Source of the DNA: Candidatus Nealsonbacteria bacterium
GTDB taxonomy: Bacteria; Patescibacteriota; Minisyncoccia; Minisyncoccales; JAUWAW01
Length of the DNA stretch: 64,000 nt
Assembly (NCBI GenBank): GCA_030601865.1
Contig: JAUWAW010000001.1
Coordinates: forward strand, 46,433 to 110,432
Reading direction: 5' to 3'
This document shows, in pieces, positions 1 to 7,460 of this stretch. Position 1 is the stretch's first letter. Each line of letters opens with the position of its first letter. The notes beneath the pieces are model-generated. The model saw only the letters and a list, made by a program, of their open reading frames with translations. It had not been told where the DNA came from and ran no database searches. A program made the translations under genes and the position numbers.

Positions 1-302
1 GCCTCCAAGATATTAATCCTGTCAATAACCTTATGCCCGACTCTACCTATCCCCCACTCTATATCTGGATGCTGTTTCAAAAATTTGTAAACCTCCTCTC
101 TTTTTTTAGGTGATAATTTTTTACTATCTTTAAGGGTTGTCATCCTGAGCGAAGCCCGCCCAACTTTCTTCGAAAGTTGGGCGGGCGAAGCGAAGGATCC
201 CGTCGTTTTTACTACTACCGCCGCAGCCACCACTGGGCCTGAAAGCGGTCCGCGGCCTGCTTCATCAATTCCCACCATACGTTTATATCTCTTTTTCGCC
301 AT
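1..302 (-). CDS. rnhB: Ribonuclease HII (partial, N-terminal part; runs off the window start)
   Basis: My own translation of the minus strand from the ATG at 302..300 gives MAKKRYKRMVGIDEAGRGPLSGPVVAAAVVV...LKDSKKLSPKKREEVYKFL, the classic RNase HII N-terminus. It carries a roughly 60-nt in-frame palindromic insert at 140..200. Confidence 0.8.
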   Translation of the reverse strand, partial: MAKKRYKRMVGIDEAGRGPLSGPVVAAAVVVKTTGSFASPAQLSKKVGRASLRMTTLKDSKKLSPKKREEVYKFLKQHPDIEWGIGRVGHKVIDRINILE

Positions 303-975
303 TGACTTATTATATCATATTTGCTAAATTCAAAGCGATGGAGGGATAGATCTTTGAAAACAAGGTTGTCCCGTTTGATTGTGTTTCAATGTTTTATTCT
401 CTATGAAGGGAGAGAGTGCAATGAAAAGATTAATTGAAGCAGACGAAGTGTCATTGTAGCCTGTGTGGAGTTTACCAACGGCAACAGAAAATATTAGAAT
501 GTACACCAATGGAATGTTTAATCCGAAGGATTAAACACATTGCTGACTGAAATTTTAGGAAAGGATGAGAAATCTTTGCAGAATAAAGGGAAAAGGAGGT
601 TTATTTCTTATTTCGAATATGGTAAAGGTCGACATTATCATCTTTTTTTACGTTCTCTTAAATTTAAGATAAGATGTTACGTTTTAAAGCTTATTGCCAA
701 AATCCTTAATCTTGGCAAACCGTATTGTCGTATATGCTATCATACTGGAATGTATTGGTGTAAATGTAAACCATGGCAAGTTTCGGGCAATGGACCCAAA
801 CTCTGGAGAAGGCATTGTTATATGAAAGGATTTGAAAAGAAATACTAATTTTAGTTTTTTTGAAGAGGAAAAATAGAACCTTTCACCAAGCGCTAGGAAT
901 AGAAAAGAGGAAAAATTCTTTGGCGCTTTTTTATTTTGGCAAAAAAATCTATATATGATACAATACAACAATTGT

Positions 976-3900
976 ATGAAATTCACTCATCTTCACGTCC
1001 ATAGCCACTACTCCCTACTTGATGGACTTCCCAAAATAGACCAACTTTTGGATTATGTTAAGGAACTGGGAATGGATTCTGTGGCTTTAACTGACCACGG
1101 TGTTTTGTATGGGGCGGTTGAATTTTACAAAAAAGCAAAAGGAAAAGGCATCAAGCCCATTATTGGCTGCGAGGTCTATGTGGCCTACGAAAGAATGCAG
1201 CAAAAACGGCCTAATATTGATGACAAAAGATACCACTTGGTTCTTTTGGCCAAAAACGAACAGGGTTATAAAAACTTGGTTAAACTTGTTACCAAAGCCC
1301 ATTTAGAAGGTTTTTATTACAAACCAAGAATTGACCATCAGCTTCTTGAAAAACACGCCTCAGGTCTAATTGGCCTATCGGGCTGCCTGCAAGGCAGAAT
1401 TCCAAAGTTGGTCATAGCTGGCAAAACTGAAGAAGCAGAAAAACTGGCTCTTTACTATCAAAAAATCTTTGGCCAAGATAGTTTTTATTTGGAAATTCAA
1501 GACCATCCCAATCTCAAAGAGCAGCAAAAAGTAAACAATGCCTTAATTGATTTTTCCAAAAAACTTAATATCCCTTTAGTGGCTACCAACGACTGCCATT
1601 ATTTGAAATCAGAAGATGCCGAAGCCCAGGATATTTTAATGTTAATCAACACCGGCTCCAAGCAGGACGACCCGGAACGGCTCACAATGAAGGCGGACGA
1701 TTTTTCAATGCGCACGCCCCAGCAGATGAGTGAATTCTGCGCAAAACAAGGCGCGGCTGAAGCAGTAGAAAATACAGAAAAGATTAGCCAGATGTGCAAT
1801 TTTGAGTTTAAACTAGGTGAAACAAAATTGCCCTTTTTTGAAACACCCAATGACAAAACCCCAGATGAATATCTAAAAGAACTCTGCTATAAGGGGCTCG
1901 GAGAAAAGAAAAAACAAATTGAAAAGAAAAAACAAGCAATTGAGCGATTGGAATATGAACTGTCGGTAATAAAAGAAACTGGCTTTGCCCCCTACTTTTT
2001 GATTGTCCAGGATTTTGTTAACTGGGCAAAAGGGGAAAGAATTGTAGTTGGTCCCGGCAGAGGGAGTGATGCAAGCTCTCTGGTTTGCTACCTCTTGAAT
2101 ATTACCGAAGTTGACCCTTTGAAGCACGGTTTACTGTTCGAGCGCTTCCTTAATAAAGATCGTATCTCAATGCCCGATTTTGATCTTGATTTTACTGACA
2201 GAAGAAGGGACGAAGTCATTGACTATGTGGCTCAAAAATACGGCCGAGACAGGGTAGCTCAAATCATTACTTTTGGCACCATGGCCGCCAGAGCTGTCAT
2301 CCGAGATGTGGGCCGAGCCATGGGCGTAAGTTATGCCTTCTGCGACCAAACTGCTAAGATGATTCCCTTTGGCTCCACATTAGATGAGTGTTTAGAAAAA
2401 GTTTCAGAATTCCGCCAACTTTACGATACTGACGAGCAAGCCAGAAAACTGATTGACTCGGCTAAAAAATTAGAAGGAGTGGCTCGCCACGCCTCAACTC
2501 ATGCCTGCGGAGTAGTCATTTCCAAAGAACCCTTAACAGAACTTGTTCCTCTGCAGCACCCTACTCAAAACGACGAGAATATTGTGACTCAGTATGAGAT
2601 GCACGCCATAGAGGACTTAGGTCTTTTAAAAATAGACCTCTTGGGTTTAAAAAACCTAGCCATTATTGAAGACACTTTAGCCAAGATTTATGTTATTCAT
2701 AAGAAAAATATTGATATTTCTAAAATCCCTTTTGATGACAAAAAAACTTTCAGAATTTTCCAACAAGCCCAGACCACCGGCGTATTCCAATGTGAAAGTT
2801 CGGGCTTTAAAAGATACTTAAAACAATTAAAGCCCACTGTTTTTGACGATATAGTGGTCATGATTTCCCTTTATCGGCCAGGGCCCATAGAACTTATTCC
2901 TGAATATATTGCCAGAAAACATAAAAGAAAGAAAATAGAATATATCCATCCGTCTTTAAAGCCAGTCTTGGAAGCAACCTACGGATTACCGGTCTTTCAG
3001 GAACAGATTATGCAGATTGCCCGCACTTTGGCTGGCTTCTCCCTTTCTGAAGCCGATGTTTTAAGAAAAGCAATCGGTAAAAAAATTAAAGATTTATTAG
3101 AAGCCCAAAGAGAAAAGTTTATCCAGGGATGCATTAAAAAGAATATTTCTCAAGGAATTGCTGAAAAAGTTTTCCAATGGATTGAGCCGCATGCTCGTTA
3201 CTCATTCAATAAGGCCCATGGTACAGCCTACGGCATGATCGCCTATCAAACCGCCTATCTCAAAGCCCATTATCCATTGGAACTGATGGCTTCGGTTTTA
3301 ACCTCAGAAAAAACAGATGTGGAAAGAGTTGCTTTCTTAATTGAAGAATGCAAAGATATGGGCGTTGAAGTGCTGCCTCCCGATATTAATGAAAGTTATC
3401 GCCATTTCTCAGTGGTCCCCGAAGAAAATAAAATAAGATTCGGGCTTTTGGCCATAAAAAATGTTGGCTCTAATGTGGTGGAAGCCATAGTTAAAGAAAG
3501 AAAAGAAAGAGGAATTTTTAAATCTGTGGAAGATTTTATAAGCCGTATTAGTGCCCGAGATTTAAATAAAAGATCTTTGGAGAGTTTAATTAAAGCCGGT
3601 GCTTTTGATAAGTTAGCAGAAAGAAAACAACTTTTATTCAATTTGGAAAAACTTTTAGAATGGGGCAGGGAAACCCAGAAAACCAAGACCAATGGCCAAA
3701 AAGGACTTTTTGATAATACCACCTACACCGCTACCTTAGTCCTTGAAGAGACTGCACCTGCTTCCAAAAAAGAAAAATTAGAATGGGAAAAAGAATTATT
3801 AGGACTTTTTGTTACCAGCCATCCCCTGGAAGAGTTCAAGCATATCTTTGCCCAAAAAGCCATTTCCTTGCAAAAAATCAGCGATGGATTTATAAATAAA

Positions 3901-4149
3901 AGAGTAAGGGTGGGCGGCATTATTTCTGGCATTAAAAGGATTATCACTAAAAATGGCAAGCCAATGCTTTTTGTCAACTTGGAAGACCAGACCACTAAAG
4001 TTGAAGTCATTGCTTTTCCGGGGGTTCTGGAGAAAAACCCGAGTGTTTTCCAGGAAAATAAAATTGTTTTTGTTTCGGGCAGAGTAGACAGCCGAGACGG
4101 CGTGCCCAAAATAATTGCGGACGAAGTAGAAGAAATCGTGGAGAAATAA
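976..4149 (+). CDS. dnaE: DNA polymerase III alpha subunit
   Basis: 1064-aa ORF with the PHP-domain N-terminus (MKFTHLHVHSHYSLLDG), polymerase core, and an OB-fold at the C-terminus. The start is probably the internal ATG at 976 (MKFTHLH), not 955. Confidence 0.9.
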   Translation: MKFTHLHVHSHYSLLDGLPKIDQLLDYVKELGMDSVALTDHGVLYGAVEFYKKAKGKGIKPIIGCEVYVAYERMQQKRPNIDDKRYHLVLLAKNEQGYKNLVKLVTKAHLEGFYYKPRIDHQLLEKHASGLIGLSGCLQGRIPKLVIAGKTEEAEKLALYYQKIFGQDSFYLEIQDHPNLKEQQKVNNALIDFSKKLNIPLVATNDCHYLKSEDAEAQDILMLINTGSKQDDPERLTMKADDFSMRTPQQMSEFCAKQGAAEAVENTEKISQMCNFEFKLGETKLPFFETPNDKTPDEYLKELCYKGLGEKKKQIEKKKQAIERLEYELSVIKETGFAPYFLIVQDFVNWAKGERIVVGPGRGSDASSLVCYLLNITEVDPLKHGLLFERFLNKDRISMPDFDLDFTDRRRDEVIDYVAQKYGRDRVAQIITFGTMAARAVIRDVGRAMGVSYAFCDQTAKMIPFGSTLDECLEKVSEFRQLYDTDEQARKLIDSAKKLEGVARHASTHACGVVISKEPLTELVPLQHPTQNDENIVTQYEMHAIEDLGLLKIDLLGLKNLAIIEDTLAKIYVIHKKNIDISKIPFDDKKTFRIFQQAQTTGVFQCESSGFKRYLKQLKPTVFDDIVVMISLYRPGPIELIPEYIARKHKRKKIEYIHPSLKPVLEATYGLPVFQEQIMQIARTLAGFSLSEADVLRKAIGKKIKDLLEAQREKFIQGCIKKNISQGIAEKVFQWIEPHARYSFNKAHGTAYGMIAYQTAYLKAHYPLELMASVLTSEKTDVERVAFLIEECKDMGVEVLPPDINESYRHFSVVPEENKIRFGLLAIKNVGSNVVEAIVKERKERGIFKSVEDFISRISARDLNKRSLESLIKAGAFDKLAERKQLLFNLEKLLEWGRETQKTKTNGQKGLFDNTTYTATLVLEETAPASKKEKLEWEKELLGLFVTSHPLEEFKHIFAQKAISLQKISDGFINKRVRVGGIISGIKRIITKNGKPMLFVNLEDQTTKVEVIAFPGVLEKNPSVFQENKIVFVSGRVDSRDGVPKIIADEVEEIVEK

Positions 4150-4174
4150 CCCTACGAATTACGAATTTACAAAT

Positions 4175-5914
4175 ATGTCAAACAAAAAAATAGAAAAAAT
4201 TCGGCATTCGCTGGCGCATATTATGGCTGCAACGGTTAAGGAGCTTTATCCAAGAGTCAAATTCGGTATTGGCCCGGCCATTGAAAATGGTTTTTATTAT
4301 GATTTTGATTTAACCTCTCCTCTGTTCCCTGAAAATCTGCCAAAAATTGAAAAGAAAATACGGGAATTGATTAGAAAAGATTTAAAGTTTGAGAAAGAAA
4401 GTATTTCAAGAACAGAAGCCAAAAAAATATTTAAAAACCAACCATATAAATTCGAATTAATTAAAGAACTAAAAGGGCTACAAGTTTCATGTTTCAAGTT
4501 TCATGATTTCGTTGACTTGTGCAAGGGGCCTCATATTAAATCAACCAAAGAAATAAATCCCAAGGCGTTCAAATTAACTAAAATCGCCGGGGCTTACTGG
4601 CGGGGTGATGAGAAAAACCCCATGCTCACCCGCATTTATGGCGTGGCCTTTGAAACAGAAAAAGAATTAAAAGATTATTTAAAACAAGTTGAAGAAGCAG
4701 AACAAAGAGACCATCGTGTTTTGGGTGAAAAATTGGACTTATTTCATATTGATAAAGCCATCGGCCCAGGCCTTATCCTTTGGCATCCCAAAGGCGCACT
4801 CCTCAAAAAAATCATTGAGGATTATGTGCTTTCAGAATACCTAAAAGCCGGCTATCAACTGGTTAACACTCCCCATATTGCTAAAATTTCCATTTGGGAT
4901 ACCTCGGGCCACACCAAATTCTACAAAGACAGTATGTTCCCAGTCATGCAACTCAAGGAAATGGGCAAGGTAATCCCTTATCAGCTCAAACCAATGAATT
5001 GCCCTTTTCATATCTTGATTTATCAAAAAGAAATTAGAAGTTATCGCCAATTACCTATCCGATACACTGAATTAGGCACGGTTTATAGATACGAGAAATC
5101 AGGCACCTTGCACGGGCTGACGCGAGTGCGTGGTTTTACTCAAGATGATGCTCATATTTTCTGCACTCCTGAACAACTTGGTAAAGAGTTAGTGTCTGTT
5201 TTAAAACTAACTTTAAAAATATTTAAAACTTTTGGTTTTAAAGAATTTGAGATATGTCTTTCCACCCGGCCAAAAAAATATGTTGGCACTTTAAAAAGTT
5301 GGCAGAAAGCCACCAATGCTTTAAAATATGCCTTGGAAAAAGTAAAACTTGCCTATCAAATTGACCCTGGCGAGGGCGTTTTCTATGGACCCAAGATTGA
5401 CATTAAAATCAAAGATTCTTTGGGAAGGGCTTGGCAGTGTACCACCATCCAAGTTGATTTCAATTTACCTGAGGGATTTAATTTAAGCTATATTGATAAA
5501 AAAGGCAAAAAGAAACAGCCCATTATGATTCACCGAGCGCTTCTGGGTTCTTTGGAAAGATTTATTGGCGTTTTGATTGAGCATTATGCAGGCGCTTTCC
5601 CTTTGTGGCTGGCTCCAGAACAGACTTGGATTATTCCCGTAGGTACCCGTCACAAAAAATACGCCCGTGAAACATGCAAACAACTCTACGAGAACAGTTC
5701 TCGTAGTATTGTAAAAGACGCCAATGAAACCGTTTCCAAAAAAATAAGGGAAGGGGAAATCCAAAAAATTCCCTATCTCTTGGTTGTCGGCGACAAAGAA
5801 ATAAAAAGAAAATCAGTTAGGGTCCGCCAGCGAGGCAAGGGCGATATTGGAAAAATGAAACTGAATAAATTTATAGAAAAATGCCAGAATTGTCTTTGCA
5901 AACGCAAAAATTAA
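4175..5914 (+). CDS. thrS: Threonyl-tRNA synthetase (short form lacking N-terminal TGS/N1 domains)
   Basis: Starts in the N2/editing-type region (RHSLAHIMAA) and contains class II motifs including HRALLGSLERFIGVLIEHYAGAFPLWLAP, with the anticodon-binding domain at the C-terminus. Confidence 0.9.
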   Translation: MSNKKIEKIRHSLAHIMAATVKELYPRVKFGIGPAIENGFYYDFDLTSPLFPENLPKIEKKIRELIRKDLKFEKESISRTEAKKIFKNQPYKFELIKELKGLQVSCFKFHDFVDLCKGPHIKSTKEINPKAFKLTKIAGAYWRGDEKNPMLTRIYGVAFETEKELKDYLKQVEEAEQRDHRVLGEKLDLFHIDKAIGPGLILWHPKGALLKKIIEDYVLSEYLKAGYQLVNTPHIAKISIWDTSGHTKFYKDSMFPVMQLKEMGKVIPYQLKPMNCPFHILIYQKEIRSYRQLPIRYTELGTVYRYEKSGTLHGLTRVRGFTQDDAHIFCTPEQLGKELVSVLKLTLKIFKTFGFKEFEICLSTRPKKYVGTLKSWQKATNALKYALEKVKLAYQIDPGEGVFYGPKIDIKIKDSLGRAWQCTTIQVDFNLPEGFNLSYIDKKGKKKQPIMIHRALLGSLERFIGVLIEHYAGAFPLWLAPEQTWIIPVGTRHKKYARETCKQLYENSSRSIVKDANETVSKKIREGEIQKIPYLLVVGDKEIKRKSVRVRQRGKGDIGKMKLNKFIEKCQNCLCKRKN

Positions 5915-7455
5915 TCTCCCGCTATCAAGAGTGGTATCAATCTAAACAACCTCAAGAAGGTGTGCCGACCATCCATGTTGATGAAGTGGCCTCTAAGGTG
6001 GCTGCTTTTTATGAGAGAATCAGAGAGGTAGTGGATTGGAAAGAAGAACATCTGATGAGAAGAGCGGCCATAAGCAGGATGGTCAAAAGAAGGTTGCTTT
6101 TGGGCGAAAACCACCAGGATATGGCTGAATCCTTAATAATGGAATTAATCAGAGGAGGACACTTTCCTAACGATAAAATTGAAGAAAACAAGATTGAAGA
6201 GGTGCAAAAAATAATTGATAAGTATAGATTTATTCTTAAAAAGAGTCCTAAACCGCCCAAGGAAAAATTAAAAATCCAACTTTACAACTGGATTTTGGGA
6301 ATTGCTGCTTGTGAGGTTGAAGAAGCCTTGTCACCTCCCCTGAGAGAAAGAGCCCTGATGAATTATATGACTAAATTGATGCAGGAAAGAATTAGAATCA
6401 GCCAAGGAATTCTTGTCATCGGAGGGATGACAGAAGAAGAAAAAAATATCCAAACATATATCGCAGTGCAGCGGGCTTTATTTAAATTAGACGCGCCCCT
6501 TATCAGTTATAATCTTTTTAAAAAAAGATACCCTAACTACTATAGTGAGAACATTTACTCTGTTTGGGAAAGTGTAGAAAATGACTTAAACCATCCTCTG
6601 GCTGACAAGTTCTATAGAATCTGCGAAAAATATGACACGGCTTATCTACTTTTAGGTGATGTTCTATCTAAAGACCCCATGGGAGTCCAAGAAAAAATCT
6701 CACAACCGGCGGTTTTAGAAAGCGCTATCAAAAATGCCTATAATCAACGACTCAGCACACTCAAATCTCGGCTCTCTCGAGCAGCTGTTTATGCCACTTT
6801 ATCTATATTTCTGACCAATATTGTCTCCCTTTTAGCAGTGGAGATTCCATTTACTTGTTATGTTACCGGCCATTTTAATTTTTGGGCCATTGGCGTAGAT
6901 ATCCTAGGCCCCACTTTTTTAATGGCCTTTTTAGTAGTAACCATTAGGCCTCCTAAAAAAGAAAATTTGACTCATGTAATAATGGAAACGATGAAAATTG
7001 CCTATCAAAAAGAGAGAAAAGACATTTATGAGATTAAAATTAGAAAAAAACGAGGAATTATTCTCAATTTTATTATCAGTCTTTTTTACTTTTTCAGTTT
7101 CTGTCTATCGGTTGGTTTAGTAATTTGGGGGCTTTATAAAGTGCATTTTCCCATACTTTCTTATCCTATTTTTGTTATCTTTATTTCCTTAATTGCCTTT
7201 GCTGGAGCTAAAATCAGAGAAAGAGCCAAAGAATTACATATTATAGAAAAGAAAGAAAGTATGCTCAATATCGTGCTTGATTTATTTTCTGTACCCATTG
7301 TCCATTTGGGAAAATGGTTGTCAATCCGCTGGAAAAAGTATAATGTTATCTCGGTTTTTTTCAGCGCCTTAATAGATATGCCCTTTTTGCTTTTTGTAGA
7401 ATTCTTAGAACAATGGAGATACTTTCTCAAAGAAAAGAAAGAAGAAATCCACTAA
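5881..7455 (+). CDS. Hypothetical protein with soluble N-terminal domain and C-terminal multi-TM region
   Basis: Long ORF with no family I can recognise. The C-terminal 200 aa are strongly hydrophobic (about 4 TM). The 5' end overlaps thrS by 34 nt, so the true start is probably an internal ATG. Confidence 0.45.
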   Translation: MPELSLQTQKLISRYQEWYQSKQPQEGVPTIHVDEVASKVAAFYERIREVVDWKEEHLMRRAAISRMVKRRLLLGENHQDMAESLIMELIRGGHFPNDKIEENKIEEVQKIIDKYRFILKKSPKPPKEKLKIQLYNWILGIAACEVEEALSPPLRERALMNYMTKLMQERIRISQGILVIGGMTEEEKNIQTYIAVQRALFKLDAPLISYNLFKKRYPNYYSENIYSVWESVENDLNHPLADKFYRICEKYDTAYLLLGDVLSKDPMGVQEKISQPAVLESAIKNAYNQRLSTLKSRLSRAAVYATLSIFLTNIVSLLAVEIPFTCYVTGHFNFWAIGVDILGPTFLMAFLVVTIRPPKKENLTHVIMETMKIAYQKERKDIYEIKIRKKRGIILNFIISLFYFFSFCLSVGLVIWGLYKVHFPILSYPIFVIFISLIAFAGAKIRERAKELHIIEKKESMLNIVLDLFSVPIVHLGKWLSIRWKKYNVISVFFSALIDMPFLLFVEFLEQWRYFLKEKKEEIH

Positions 7456-7460
7456 CCTAA

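Noticed and set aside
540-848. 102-aa ORF with several Cys (possible small zinc-ribbon protein) in the rnhB-dnaE spacer
   Set aside because: AT-rich, low-complexity, no recognisable motif, and an overlapping antisense ORF (684..986) that looks equally bad. Treated as non-coding.
3396-4109. Antisense ORFs inside dnaE (and many similar 60-140 aa ORFs antisense to gyrB, clp, lepA, pgm and others)
   Set aside because: Fully nested inside long, well-supported genes on the opposite strand, with no motifs. Typical shadow ORFs.
4486-4510. Tandem duplication CAAGTTTCATG..CAAGTTTCATG inside thrS
   Set aside because: Short, in frame and non-palindromic. Probably a trivial local duplication.
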